From positions 124,001 through 188,000 of IMG/VR virus record IMGVR_UViG_3300024259_002152: a DNA stretch of 64,000 bases; one strand, 5' to 3'. Under the pieces are notes generated by a model. The model saw only the letters and a list, made by a program, of their open reading frames with translations, was not told where the DNA came from and searched no databases. A program made the position numbers and the translations under genes. Each line of letters starts with the position of its first letter. The stretch's first letter is position 1. Below are positions 1-10,077 of the stretch, piece after piece.

Positions 1-297
1 AATGAGGCAAAAGATGAAACTTTACTTTTGGTTAGTGGAGGCAAGGGGGGAGATAAAGAGTATATTAAAAAACTTTCTAATGCTATTATGCAAGTATATG
101 CAAAGCACTCAGCAGTAAAGTTGAGGTGTGTAGGAGCAGCTTCTCTTAATAATGGTATTAAATCTTTTATTATTGCCAAGGGAGAAGCAAAAAAGAATGG
201 GGATAATCTATGGATGAGTCCTAGTTTTACAACTGTTGATTTTAATGGGGAAGAAAAAACAGGTATTCTGTTAGAGGTCTTATCAAAAGAGGAATAA
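1..297 (+). CDS. spoVS: SpoVS-family protein (5' end probably outside the window)
   Basis: VGAASLNNGIKSFIIAKG...SPSFTTVDFNGEEKTGI matches the SpoVS pattern IGAGALNQAVKAVAIARG...PAFTDIQIDGEERTAI; frame is open back to base 1. Confidence 0.8.
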   Translation, partial: NEAKDETLLLVSGGKGGDKEYIKKLSNAIMQVYAKHSAVKLRCVGAASLNNGIKSFIIAKGEAKKNGDNLWMSPSFTTVDFNGEEKTGILLEVLSKEE

Positions 298-313
298 TTT
301 ATGAGGTGTTAAA

Positions 314-976
314 ATGTCAGAATTTGAAAATGTTTTTAAGCGTAAAGAGCTGCACGATATGTTTGCAGCGGGAGAAATTCGTCCCCTGGACGATTTATAC
401 CTATTAGAAGATGTAGCTTTAACTATCAAAGAGCTTGAGAAGCAAAAAGATTTTTATAAAGATTATAAGAAGAAAAAATCTCAAGATGTTAGTGATGCTG
501 TTAAAGTTATTGAGAATAAGGTTGCCTTTTATAAATCTATTATGGTATCTACTCTTGAAAGTAATAATGAGAAAAGTGTTAAATTTCCTGGATCTTGTGC
601 TGTTTCTTCGAGAAATCAGAAAGCTAAATGGGTTGTTAATGATGAAGAAGAATTTATAGCTGTTTTGAAAGAAGCTCAAAAAGCAGGAGAAGATGTTGAT
701 GACGTTCTTGAGGAAGTTGTTCAATATAATATTAGAAAAAGAGAAGCTAGTAAGCTGATTGCGATATGGGAGCAAAGTGGCAAATTAGAAGATTTTCTAA
801 AAAAGGCCAAAAAGAGTAATGATGATATTATAGTGAAAGAGTCTGAGAAAAAAACAGTTTCCATTAAATTTTTGGAAGTAGTAGATGAAGGTATGGACGA
901 TAGTGCAGAGGATGTTGATATTCCTGTAAAAGAAGGGGCATCTTCTGATAACATGGGAGACTATGATAGTCTTTGA
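314..976 (+). CDS. Gp157/Gam-like coiled-coil phage protein
   Basis: Coiled coil followed by KSVKFPGSCAVSSRNQKAKWVVNDEE, resembling Siphovirus Gp157 / Mu Gam; GAGGTG RBS; acidic tail. Confidence 0.5.
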   Translation: MSEFENVFKRKELHDMFAAGEIRPLDDLYLLEDVALTIKELEKQKDFYKDYKKKKSQDVSDAVKVIENKVAFYKSIMVSTLESNNEKSVKFPGSCAVSSRNQKAKWVVNDEEEFIAVLKEAQKAGEDVDDVLEEVVQYNIRKREASKLIAIWEQSGKLEDFLKKAKKSNDDIIVKESEKKTVSIKFLEVVDEGMDDSAEDVDIPVKEGASSDNMGDYDSL

Positions 977-1743
977 TAATTATGAAAGATTTTGAATTTT
1001 ATAAACTGATTCGTCTTTCCGGTAATAACGAGAAGATAGTAAAATCATTCCCTGAATTACACAATCTTTATCATAAGATTCCTGATACGAAGGGGTGTAT
1101 GGAAAATATAAACGCCGAAGGAGGAAGCTGTAATGCTTGGTGTTGTAAGATCCAAACACCCCAACTTTTATATTCAGAGTTTCTTTTGCTCTGGCATTTT
1201 ATATCTAAGAATTGGACTGATGAGCATATATGTGATTTATTTGAGAAATGTATGCTCAATGCTGTTAATCCTGTTCCTTCAAAAGGTTGTGTGTTTTTTG
1301 ATGAAGACACATGTATGTGTAGGATTCATAAAGTAAGACCTTATAATTGTCGAATTTATGGGATTACTTCTAATGAAGAATTTGAGCCAAGATATCAACG
1401 TTTAAAAGAAGAATATAAAACTATTATAGGAGCGGTTGTTAAGCCACAATGCCTTTTGGTATCTACTGTCAATGGTAGTGATATAACTAAAGATAATACT
1501 GATAAATGGTGGGAAAAACTTGCTCAAATAGAAAAATCCATTGGTATTCCTAAAGAGATGATCACAGATTCTATTGGGGGTAGTTATCGAACTCCTCATG
1601 ATCATGTTCTGCTTTATAATATGCCTGAGAATGTTCTTAATGCTTTGGCAGGTATAAAAAAGTATGATGATGAATTTGATAAGAAAAAAATGATTATAGA
1701 ATTAGTGAGGGTAATTAAAGATGTCTTCAGTAGTAAAGGCTAA
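973..1743 (+). CDS. YkgJ-family cysteine-cluster (CxxCxxCC) protein
   Basis: C...CNAWCC and CVFFD...CRIHKVRPYNCRIYG motifs. Confidence 0.75.
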   Translation: MIIMKDFEFYKLIRLSGNNEKIVKSFPELHNLYHKIPDTKGCMENINAEGGSCNAWCCKIQTPQLLYSEFLLLWHFISKNWTDEHICDLFEKCMLNAVNPVPSKGCVFFDEDTCMCRIHKVRPYNCRIYGITSNEEFEPRYQRLKEEYKTIIGAVVKPQCLLVSTVNGSDITKDNTDKWWEKLAQIEKSIGIPKEMITDSIGGSYRTPHDHVLLYNMPENVLNALAGIKKYDDEFDKKKMIIELVRVIKDVFSSKG

Positions 1744-2080
1744 AATATTAAATATAACATATGATAGAGAGAATAATCTTTTTCAATTATCATTGAGAGA
1801 TGTAAAAGAACATAAACATATCAATATAGCAGTTAAAGGGACAGATTGGGGAGTGACCCAAGACATCCCAGATGAGATTATAGAAGAATTTTGTAAGAAT
1901 ATGATAGGGCAAGAAAAGAATCTTCATGTAGAAACAGAACAAGCTTCTTTAAGAGACGCGGAAAAAGATGATAAGGGGATAGTCTCTCAGGAGGAAATCA
2001 ATCGTGTTCATGATAATCTAAGTAATTATCCAATTGATGAAGTTATGAATGTTTTACATAGAGACATAGATGAAAATTAG
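1721..2080 (+). CDS. hypothetical protein
   Basis: 119-aa ORF overlapping both neighbours. Confidence 0.65.
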   Translation: MSSVVKAKILNITYDRENNLFQLSLRDVKEHKHINIAVKGTDWGVTQDIPDEIIEEFCKNMIGQEKNLHVETEQASLRDAEKDDKGIVSQEEINRVHDNLSNYPIDEVMNVLHRDIDEN

Positions 2081-2339
2081 ATTTTTTGGAAGTTCGGAAT
2101 GTTTAGATTGTTTAGAAGTGTTTGTTCTTCTAGAAAAATTTCAAATTGATTATGATTATTATGATGGACAGGATATCGAAAATGAGGAAGTTTATAATAT
2201 GTGTGAAGAGCACGATGTGGAAGAACTGCCTCACTTACAATTCTTAGATGATAATGAAAATATAGTTACGGAGCATATCGGAGCAATGACTGAAGAAGAA
2301 CTCACAACATATCTTAAAGATAATTTTCTAAATTATTGA
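2070..2339 (+). CDS. glutaredoxin/thioredoxin-fold protein
   Basis: N-terminal CLDC and cis-Pro-like ELPHL motif; 89 aa. Confidence 0.6.
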   Translation: MKIRFFGSSECLDCLEVFVLLEKFQIDYDYYDGQDIENEEVYNMCEEHDVEELPHLQFLDDNENIVTEHIGAMTEEELTTYLKDNFLNY

Positions 2340-2364
2340 AAAGTGATTGTCATTGCGTTATAAG
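2336..2364 (+). promoter_or_regulatory. sigma70-type promoter TTGAAA-N17-TATAAG
   Basis: Lies at the gene boundary upstream of 2414; shares TTGAAA(A)GTGA with sites at 23929 and 25344. Confidence 0.45.
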
Positions 2365-2413
2365 TAGGGGGTATTATAGTATTTATATGAAAGGTGACGA
2401 GATGGAGTAAGAT

Positions 2414-3109
2414 ATGAATAAAATAGTTAAATTAAGTAAAGAAGAAACTTTAAGATGTAAAGAAATTGCTTTGAAAGAGGGTAGGGATAAATCGGTTCAA
2501 TGGTCTGAGAATGAATTTAGAAAAGGGTTTTTAGGTCGTGCTGCAACTTTTCTGGGGATAGTTGGAGAATATTCTGTAGATAAAACTTTTTTCAATCAAG
2601 GGGTGGATGAGTCAGTTAGTGTGACTGGGGATGGGGGAAAAGATTTTAATGTTCACGGTATAAAAATAGATGTAAAGTGTCAAATAACCGAATCGAGTTC
2701 TGCTATTGAAAAAGGTTATTTGGGAGGTTTTTATACCATGGCTGTTGATAAAAATAGTAACGATAAAGATCTTAAATATGATATGATATTTTTTACTACC
2801 GTACATGCTCTTCTCTGGAGGGGACGAATTCTTACAGATTTGCAAAGCAAGAGGAATCTTTGTTCTTCAGATAAGAGCCTGAGTTCTCCAGAGCGTTGGA
2901 TGGAAATTGAGGGTATAGCTATAGAGTTATGTGGTTATATCTGGAAAGATGATATATTAAGAAATAAAGATCAAAGAAAAGATAGAACGCTTATGCGTAG
3001 TAATGGGGGTAATAATTATAATTATTATATTTGTAGAGATGAATTGATTTTGCCTCGATCTCGTGATGATTTTAATGAAACCTTAAAGAAAAGGGATGTT
3101 TCAAATTAA
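2414..3109 (+). CDS. putative PD-(D/E)xK nuclease-fold protein
   Basis: GIVGE...GDGGKDF...KIDVK arrangement; directly upstream of a DNA methylase. Confidence 0.5.
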   Translation: MNKIVKLSKEETLRCKEIALKEGRDKSVQWSENEFRKGFLGRAATFLGIVGEYSVDKTFFNQGVDESVSVTGDGGKDFNVHGIKIDVKCQITESSSAIEKGYLGGFYTMAVDKNSNDKDLKYDMIFFTTVHALLWRGRILTDLQSKRNLCSSDKSLSSPERWMEIEGIAIELCGYIWKDDILRNKDQRKDRTLMRSNGGNNYNYYICRDELILPRSRDDFNETLKKRDVSN

Positions 3110-3111
3110 AT

Positions 3112-3981
3112 ATGTTTAGATATCCAGGCGGAAAATCAAAGTTAAAGAAGAAAATATCATCAATTATTAAATTATATTATCGAAATAATAATTGTTGTTA
3201 TGTAGAGCCTTTTGTAGGAGGAGGTTCCATATGGAGAGAGTTGATTAATAATGTGGAATCAGTAGCTATAAATGATTATGATATAGGTATCGCTGCTTTT
3301 TGGCATTCTCTTATTAACAGTCCAGATGAATTATGTAACTTTGTTAATGATTTTAATCCTACAATTGAAGATTTTTATAATTTTAAAAATATATTTTTAG
3401 ATGACAGTTTAAGAAAATATATTTTAAAGGACCATAAATATTCTTTAGTTGAAGTGGGCTTTATGAAGATGGCTTTGCATCAGATTTCATTTTCAGGTCT
3501 TGGCACTAGATCGGGAGGACCTCTTGGAGGGGCTTTTCAAAAATCAAAATATAAAATTGGTTGTAGATGGAACAGTAAAAATATAGAAAATAGGATATGG
3601 AAATTACATAACGATTTAAGAAGAATTAATATTATTGGTAAAACTTGTTTTTATGATGATTGTTTTATTTTTATGAAAAATATGTTAGATAAATTTAAAC
3701 ATAGTTTTTTGTATTTAGACCCGCCTTATTATCAAAAAGGACCAGAATTATATCAATTTTATTTTAATGATGATCAGCATAAGAAAATGGCAGAATTGCT
3801 TCAGGAAGTAAATTGTCCATGGTTATTATCATATGATTGTTGTGAAGAAATAAGGGAAATGTATAAATGGGCTGTTATATTGGAGATAGATGTAAAATGC
3901 ACTATTAATACCAAAAATAGGTCAGTTAGTAAACGAGAGTTTTTAATAATTGATAAGAAGTATAAATATTTGTTAGAATAG
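3112..3981 (+). CDS. D12-class (Dam-like) N6-adenine DNA methyltransferase
   Basis: FRYPGGKS, YVEPFVGGGS and YLDPPYY motifs. Confidence 0.9.
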   Translation: MFRYPGGKSKLKKKISSIIKLYYRNNNCCYVEPFVGGGSIWRELINNVESVAINDYDIGIAAFWHSLINSPDELCNFVNDFNPTIEDFYNFKNIFLDDSLRKYILKDHKYSLVEVGFMKMALHQISFSGLGTRSGGPLGGAFQKSKYKIGCRWNSKNIENRIWKLHNDLRRINIIGKTCFYDDCFIFMKNMLDKFKHSFLYLDPPYYQKGPELYQFYFNDDQHKKMAELLQEVNCPWLLSYDCCEEIREMYKWAVILEIDVKCTINTKNRSVSKREFLIIDKKYKYLLE

Positions 3982-3990
3982 AGGTAGTTT

Positions 3991-6972
3991 ATGACATTTG
4001 GTTTAAATAAGTATCAACAAGAAGCAGTTCATCATAAAGATGGTCCTTGTCTAGTCACATCATGCCCAGGCTCGGGCAAAACTTTTACTCTAGTAGAAAG
4101 AATTGTCCGTCTAATTCAGAATGGAGTCAGACCTAAGAATATCTTATGTCTAACTTTTACGAATAAGGCAGCAAATGAGATGAGGGAGAGAGTTTGTAAA
4201 AGACTTAATATAGATAAATTAGATTTCTTTATGGGAACCTTCCATTCTCTTTGCGCTAAGATGATAAGAAAGATTGGACCTACTAAAGGTCTAAAAGCTA
4301 ATTTTAGTATTATAGATGATAGGGATCAAATCGATCTAATCATGCAGATATCTAGAAAGCTCGAAATAAGTATAGAAAAGGGAGATGGTTTTAAAATAGC
4401 AAATCGGCTTAATTTTTTTCGGGACCAGATGGAAGAATTTGAGTGGGTAGAAAATAGTCTTCAATCAGAACCTCTTATTGATATAGCAAAGCAATATCTA
4501 AAACATTGTAAAAAAAATAGTTTGTTGGATTTTAGTGCTCTTATATATGAAAATATTAAGTTGATAGAATCGGATGAAGAGCTTAAGAGAAAAATACAAA
4601 ATACTTTCAAGTATATTATGGTGGATGAGACTCAGGACACCAATAAGTCACAATTCTATTTGGTTAATCTTCTCGGCGGAAAATGGAAGAATATTATGTT
4701 GATAGGCGATATTGATCAATGTGTTGTTGAACATCAAAATATTTTAATGTCAGACGGTAAAACTCTCAAAATAGAGGACATTGAAGAAGGTGATGAAATA
4801 AAATGTGCAGGCGGATCAAAAAATACATTAGCTACAGGAAAGGTAAAAAGAGTCTATAAAAAAAAGGTCGATAACTATGATATTGTTCAGATAAAAACGG
4901 TAACAGGACGTGAAGTCAAATTTACAAAAGAACATATTGTTTTTGCAGACTATACCAAGGAATCTACTGCAAAGATAATAGTCTATTTAATGTATGATTC
5001 TAGCTTGGGGTATAGAATTGGGGTGACGAATACTCGTAGAAAGTATGGAGAACACGGAATGGGTGTTGGAGCCAGACTGGGGCAAGAAAGGGCTGAGTGT
5101 TTATGGATTTTGAAAGCGGTAGACTCAATAGACGATGGTAAATATTGGGAGCAATTTTATTCTGTTAAATATGGTATTCCTACATGGTGTTTTTATAATA
5201 ATAAATATAGAGATTTAGATTATTCCCAAAATAGTATAAAAAAGTTATTTAGAGAAATAGATACTTCAGTAAATGCTAAAAGATTAATGCATGATACATT
5301 TTTATTCGAAGATAGACCTCACTATATCCCTAAATGCATGTGCAAAAAAAAGAGAAGAAATTTTACTATAAATATGTGTGCTGATAGCAGGGGGAAGATA
5401 TCTCATAGATATATGATTTCTGGGTCCGACGATTCAGATAGAGATGCTTTGAAAAAAATTGGGCTAAATGTTAGGGACGCGGGAAAAGGGAAAAGAGGAT
5501 GGCGAGTAGATTCTGTCTTGAGAGAAATGAAAGATATAAATAGTATCCTACAAAAAGTAAGATCTATTATGAGCGTTAATCTTATTGAGAAAGCTAAGTT
5601 TTCAAATGTTTCTTTAAAAATGATGCCATCGTCTCACTTAAGAGAGGGGATGAAAATATTTATATGCAATGATGATAAAATAGAAATGGACGAAATAAAA
5701 GAAGTTTGTTTTTTGAAATATAGCGGCAATTTATATGACATAGATGTAGAGGAATATCATAATTTTATAACGAACGGAATTGTTAGTCATAATTCGATAT
5801 ACGGCTGGCGCGGGGCAAGATATCAAAACATTCAAGATTTTATGAACAATTATTCTGATTGTAAAGTAATTTCTTTGTCAAAGAATTATAGATCTACACC
5901 TCAAATTGTTTCGGTGGCAAGTAGGTTAATTAAATTTAATAGTAGTCATATAGGAACTGCTTTTGAGACGGACAATAAAGATGGTGACAAGGTTAAATGT
6001 TTTTCTTTTAACGATCAATATGCAGAGGCCAACTGGGTTGGTAAAACAGCTAAAAGATTTATAGAAGATGGGGGATGGGACCCATCCGACATGGCTGTTC
6101 TTTATAGAGCTAATAAAATGTCAGAACCTGTCGAACAGGCATTAGTTAATAATGCTATTCCTTATGAGGTTATAGGAGCATGGAATTTTTATGATCGTAA
6201 GGAAATAAGAGATTGTCTTGCCATGTTGAAACTATTGGCTAACCCAAGTGATGGCATAGCCTTTGGGAGAGTTTGTTCTTTTGTAGAGGGTATGGGGGCT
6301 ATTACTGTTGGTAGAATTGAGAATATAGCACAAGAGCAGAATATAGGTATTCCTCAAGCTTGTAAAATAATAGGAGAAAAAGCAAACGGTATTAAGATAT
6401 CTAGGGCTTGTGATAAACTTTATAGTATTTATCATCGCAAATGGGACCATACTAGACCCTCTAGTTGTTTGTCCCAATTGATTGATAAATTTAATTATGA
6501 TAAGCATCTATTAAGTAAGTTTAATGATACGGCAAATGAGAGGAAAGACAATGTTAGTCAGATTGTTGCTTCTGCTGGAGAATGTAATGGAGAAGAAAAT
6601 GGGGTGAGTAAGTATTTGCAACAGGTTTCTCTTATTACGAATGCTGATAAAGATGATAAAGATGATAAAATGCCATTAATGAGTATGCATGCGGCAAAAG
6701 GATTAGAATTTCCTATCGTATTTATGATAGGTGTCGAAGAAGATTTACTACCTCACAAAAATGCTATATCAGAAGATCCTTATGCGGGATTAGAAGAAGA
6801 ACGAAGATTGTGCTATGTGGGCATGACGAGAGCTAAAAAGGCTTTACTTTTAAGTTGGTGCCAGCGTAGACGTAGGTTTGGCAGACATGGAGATGTATCT
6901 TTTAATAGGTGCAGACCAAGTAGATTTTTGTGTGAATCTGGGATATTACGGAAGGGTCAAGATGAAAATTGA
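3991..6972 (+). CDS. UvrD/PcrA SF1 DNA helicase containing an intein
   Basis: PGSGKT, TFTNKAA, GTFHS, VDETQD, GDIDQ|SIYGWRGA, NYRST, MHAAKGLEF and EERRLCYVGMTRA motifs. Confidence 0.95.
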   Translation: MTFGLNKYQQEAVHHKDGPCLVTSCPGSGKTFTLVERIVRLIQNGVRPKNILCLTFTNKAANEMRERVCKRLNIDKLDFFMGTFHSLCAKMIRKIGPTKGLKANFSIIDDRDQIDLIMQISRKLEISIEKGDGFKIANRLNFFRDQMEEFEWVENSLQSEPLIDIAKQYLKHCKKNSLLDFSALIYENIKLIESDEELKRKIQNTFKYIMVDETQDTNKSQFYLVNLLGGKWKNIMLIGDIDQCVVEHQNILMSDGKTLKIEDIEEGDEIKCAGGSKNTLATGKVKRVYKKKVDNYDIVQIKTVTGREVKFTKEHIVFADYTKESTAKIIVYLMYDSSLGYRIGVTNTRRKYGEHGMGVGARLGQERAECLWILKAVDSIDDGKYWEQFYSVKYGIPTWCFYNNKYRDLDYSQNSIKKLFREIDTSVNAKRLMHDTFLFEDRPHYIPKCMCKKKRRNFTINMCADSRGKISHRYMISGSDDSDRDALKKIGLNVRDAGKGKRGWRVDSVLREMKDINSILQKVRSIMSVNLIEKAKFSNVSLKMMPSSHLREGMKIFICNDDKIEMDEIKEVCFLKYSGNLYDIDVEEYHNFITNGIVSHNSIYGWRGARYQNIQDFMNNYSDCKVISLSKNYRSTPQIVSVASRLIKFNSSHIGTAFETDNKDGDKVKCFSFNDQYAEANWVGKTAKRFIEDGGWDPSDMAVLYRANKMSEPVEQALVNNAIPYEVIGAWNFYDRKEIRDCLAMLKLLANPSDGIAFGRVCSFVEGMGAITVGRIENIAQEQNIGIPQACKIIGEKANGIKISRACDKLYSIYHRKWDHTRPSSCLSQLIDKFNYDKHLLSKFNDTANERKDNVSQIVASAGECNGEENGVSKYLQQVSLITNADKDDKDDKMPLMSMHAAKGLEFPIVFMIGVEEDLLPHKNAISEDPYAGLEEERRLCYVGMTRAKKALLLSWCQRRRRFGRHGDVSFNRCRPSRFLCESGILRKGQDEN
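4720..5793 (+). mobile_element. intein (358 aa) in helicase motif III
   Basis: Starts at Cys (CVVEH), has block B TKEH, ends YDIDVEEYHNFITNGIVSHN with +1 Ser; removal restores GDIDQSIYGWRGA. Confidence 0.93.
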
Positions 6973-7456
6973 GATAGAAAGAAAATTTCTATTAAAAGAT
7001 CGTTTTCCATATTGGAGTTATGAGAATAGTATTTATTATTCTAAGGAAAATATTAGACAGGGATATTTTCAAAATAGTAACATACGAGTAAGAATTATTG
7101 ATGAAGAGAAAGCGTTTTTAACTATAAAAGGAGACAGGGAATATATATCTAGAGACGAGTTTGAATATGAAATACCTATTCATGATGCTTATGTTATAAT
7201 CTCGTTGTTTTGTCCAAATTCTATATTAAAAACAAGATATATGTGCAAGGAGAATGGACTTATATGGGAAATAGATATTTTTCATGAACTTAATGAGGGA
7301 TTGGAGATTGCAGAAGCTGAATTAGAATCGGAAGATCAAAAAATTATCCTTCCGTCGTGGATTGGTAAAGAAGTAACAGATGATGATAGATATTATAATC
7401 ATTATCTATGTGAGAACCCTTATAGAATATGGTGTTTAGGAGATAGATATGGATAG
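6962..7456 (+). CDS. CYTH-domain protein (triphosphate tunnel metalloenzyme)
   Basis: MKIEIERKFL, RVR, KTRY, WEIDIF and AEAEL motifs; start re-assigned to the ATG at 6962. Confidence 0.9.
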   Translation: MKIEIERKFLLKDRFPYWSYENSIYYSKENIRQGYFQNSNIRVRIIDEEKAFLTIKGDREYISRDEFEYEIPIHDAYVIISLFCPNSILKTRYMCKENGLIWEIDIFHELNEGLEIAEAELESEDQKIILPSWIGKEVTDDDRYYNHYLCENPYRIWCLGDRYG

Positions 7457-7703
7457 ATTAGAAATTGAGGACAAAGCAAAGAAATCTATTGTAGAGGTAT
7501 TAAGAGTGGATGTTGATTCCATTGCTGACGACTCTCGTTTGGGAATTGATCTTAATGCTGATAGTTTGGATTTAATTGAGCTTATTATGCAAATAGAAGA
7601 TGATTTCGACATTGAGATTCCTGATGAGGAAGCAGAGTCTATTCTTACGTTTAAATCTTTAGTAGATGTTGTGGAAAAAAAATTAGAGAATGAGTCTAGC
7701 TAA
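7449..7703 (+). CDS. acpP: acyl carrier protein
   Basis: DLNADSLDLIELIMQIEDDFDIEIPDEEAE with the DSL phosphopantetheine serine. Confidence 0.92.
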   Translation: MDRLEIEDKAKKSIVEVLRVDVDSIADDSRLGIDLNADSLDLIELIMQIEDDFDIEIPDEEAESILTFKSLVDVVEKKLENESS

Positions 7704-8091
7704 ATATATTCCTTTAAGAGAAGCTTCTGTACAATACGGCAATAAAGATATGCCAGTAGTGGCTATTAAGGGATTTACTATAGATATATCACGTTTAACT
7801 GCTTCTTACGAGATATGGTTGAATGTTAATGATGCTTCTGGGATAGTCGCCGCTTCTGATAATGTTGTAACTAATGCTATTAGTATGGTTTCTACAGATA
7901 TGAATGAAGCAGCAACTTTTATCATAGATGGAGTATTAGTTTCTTGCTTTATAAAACACTATATTTATCATTCTATCAAACATGCTTATTTGGTTAAAAT
8001 AGAATTTTTATTAGATAAAAACGAAGTCAAATCCTATATGTTTGAAGAAGAGAATGGGGAACAGACTCGTTTTGATATATTGGATTTATAG
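7690..8091 (+). CDS. hypothetical protein with C-terminal RFDILDL
   Basis: ORF; terminal motif at 8068-8091. Confidence 0.7.
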   Translation: MSLAKYIPLREASVQYGNKDMPVVAIKGFTIDISRLTASYEIWLNVNDASGIVAASDNVVTNAISMVSTDMNEAATFIIDGVLVSCFIKHYIYHSIKHAYLVKIEFLLDKNEVKSYMFEEENGEQTRFDILDL

Positions 8092-8100
8092 GAGATAAAA

Positions 8101-8454
8101 ATGAGCGGAGATTGCAAACAAATTGTGATTGATGACTCGGTGGCTGACAAAGAATCTATTTATAAGATATTATCGGAATTTGCTCGTGACGAAAAAGTTT
8201 CAGTTTTCAAAGTGGGAGACACTTCTACTGCAAATATGAAAAAAATGAATGAATCATGTATAAGATATCGGGAGGAAGTCCACAAATTGGCAGAAAGAAC
8301 CAAAAGATTAGCAAAGGAAGAAAAAAGACGGAAAAAAGAGTTATCCAGGCTTAGAGAGGAAGAGAAAGAACTTGTTAAAAAATTATCAGATATGGAAAAA
8401 GAAATAAATTTTAGAGTAATAAATGATAATCGTGCTAATTGGTTGGATTTATGA
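8101..8454 (+). CDS. coiled-coil hypothetical protein with C-terminal RANWLDL
   Basis: GGAG RBS; terminal motif at 8431-8454. Confidence 0.7.
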   Translation: MSGDCKQIVIDDSVADKESIYKILSEFARDEKVSVFKVGDTSTANMKKMNESCIRYREEVHKLAERTKRLAKEEKRRKKELSRLREEEKELVKKLSDMEKEINFRVINDNRANWLDL

Positions 8455-8918
8455 TGGACCTATTACAAGTTATAATTCCTGATGTTTCGAATTTTTATAT
8501 CCTATTAAAAAACGGAGAAAGAATACCTATATATCGATATTCAAAAATTGATATTAATTTTTGTGAGAGGACTGTCTTTAAAAATGGTGCTAGTCAGAAA
8601 GTTCAATCTCCTCTTATTACTTATAAAATTGAATTAGATAAAGATTCTAAAGAAAAATTAAAAACATTGTTTTCTAATTATTCTTGTTCTTCGACTTTAC
8701 ATACAAGAAGAGCAAAAATCAAAGTGGGTAAGTATGGATATATATTTGATGTAGATATATCGGCAAGACCTGACATGGGAGATTCTTATCTTTTGAAAAG
8801 AGGATATAGAGAAAGTATTGAAATATCCTTAAAGCTAGAGAATACAGATATATCTTTATTCGATGATGCAGAAGAAGCTTATGAAAAATATAGTCGTTTT
8901 GAAATATTGGACTTATAA
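8451..8918 (+). CDS. hypothetical protein with C-terminal RFEILDL
   Basis: ATGA overlap with the upstream stop; motif at 8895-8918. Confidence 0.7.
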   Translation: MMDLLQVIIPDVSNFYILLKNGERIPIYRYSKIDINFCERTVFKNGASQKVQSPLITYKIELDKDSKEKLKTLFSNYSCSSTLHTRRAKIKVGKYGYIFDVDISARPDMGDSYLLKRGYRESIEISLKLENTDISLFDDAEEAYEKYSRFEILDL

Positions 8919-9367
8919 TGGCATACGGCAGCGTCACGACACTTTTAGGTGATAATTTTTCTATTTATTATGGTGATTGCGAAATTATTACAAATTTTTG
9001 TATTGACCATATGGAATTTGATGGTCATTCTCACTCTGGCAATGTTATATATAATTTTACAGCAGATTGCACTGATGTCCAATTTAATGGATGGCAAGAG
9101 GATTTTTCGAGACCTTATTCTGGTGGCGTAAATGTTGTAGCAAAAAATGGTGAAGATGTAGAAATCCCTATTTGTATGACCTCTTATGAGGTGCATCAAA
9201 ACGATATCGATATTACTAGCATTGATGGACAGCATTCTGTTCTTCCTGGAGAAAGACGTATAACTGTTTGTGGTTATATTGATTCTGGAGATTTTTCTGA
9301 TGTTGAGAGGAAAGAGACAAAAGAAGAAACATCGATTTGTAGTCGTTTTGAAATATTAGATTTATGA
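8918..9367 (+). CDS. hypothetical protein with C-terminal RFEILDL
   Basis: TAATG coupling; motif at 9344-9367; internal IDITSIDG...LPGERR is weakly tail-tube-like. Confidence 0.7.
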   Translation: MAYGSVTTLLGDNFSIYYGDCEIITNFCIDHMEFDGHSHSGNVIYNFTADCTDVQFNGWQEDFSRPYSGGVNVVAKNGEDVEIPICMTSYEVHQNDIDITSIDGQHSVLPGERRITVCGYIDSGDFSDVERKETKEETSICSRFEILDL

Positions 9368-10077
9368 ATAACACTTACACTCAATTAGTTAATAAGCATA
9401 TAGGGAAATTATGCATAATATTAGGAGCAGGACCATCTTTACATGATTTGTGTATATCTCCTTATTTTAAAGAAATATTAAATTATGTTGTTATTTCTAT
9501 TAATTCGGCATTTATGCCTTTGGCAGAATTTGATCTTGACCCAGAGAAACATTATTGGGTGTCCAATGACGTATTGTGCCGTAGATGGACCTATTGGAAA
9601 GATGTTGAGAAATCTAATTGCACAAAAGTAGTTCGTGATAGTTGGCTAAAATATAGAGAACAAATGAGCAATACTTTGTTTTTTTCTCCACGTCCTACTT
9701 CAGAAGATATAGTTAATCCCAAAGATGTTGGACTTTGTTATTGCTCTTCTGGACCTACATCACTAGATTTAGCTCTTCAAATGGGCTGTAAATTAATTTT
9801 TCTTTTCGGAATAGATCATAATGATAATGATAGGAAACATCATTTTTGGCAGTCGTTATATGATAGAAAAAATAGACCAACTGCTAATGCTAATATTTAT
9901 GATTCTTGGAAAAAACAAAATAGGGTTTTTGAATTTAATGATAAATCTTATAAAGCATTAAAGAAATTTGCTGATATAAAAAAAGCAGAGATATATAATT
10001 GTAGTAATATTACTAAAGTTACTGCTTTTGATAGAATATCGATAGACTATGCTTTTAAATTAATAGGGAAAAAATGA
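9364..10077 (+). CDS. DUF115/Maf/MptE-like (sialyltransferase-like fold) protein
   Basis: IILGAGPSL, ISIN, SGPTSLDLALQMG...LFGID and IYNCS motifs. Confidence 0.7.
   Translation: MNNTYTQLVNKHIGKLCIILGAGPSLHDLCISPYFKEILNYVVISINSAFMPLAEFDLDPEKHYWVSNDVLCRRWTYWKDVEKSNCTKVVRDSWLKYREQMSNTLFFSPRPTSEDIVNPKDVGLCYCSSGPTSLDLALQMGCKLIFLFGIDHNDNDRKHHFWQSLYDRKNRPTANANIYDSWKKQNRVFEFNDKSYKALKKFADIKKAEIYNCSNITKVTAFDRISIDYAFKLIGKK

Noticed and set aside
953-976. C-terminus GDYDSL as a tag variant
   Set aside because: Lacks the Arg at -7 and the LDL ending
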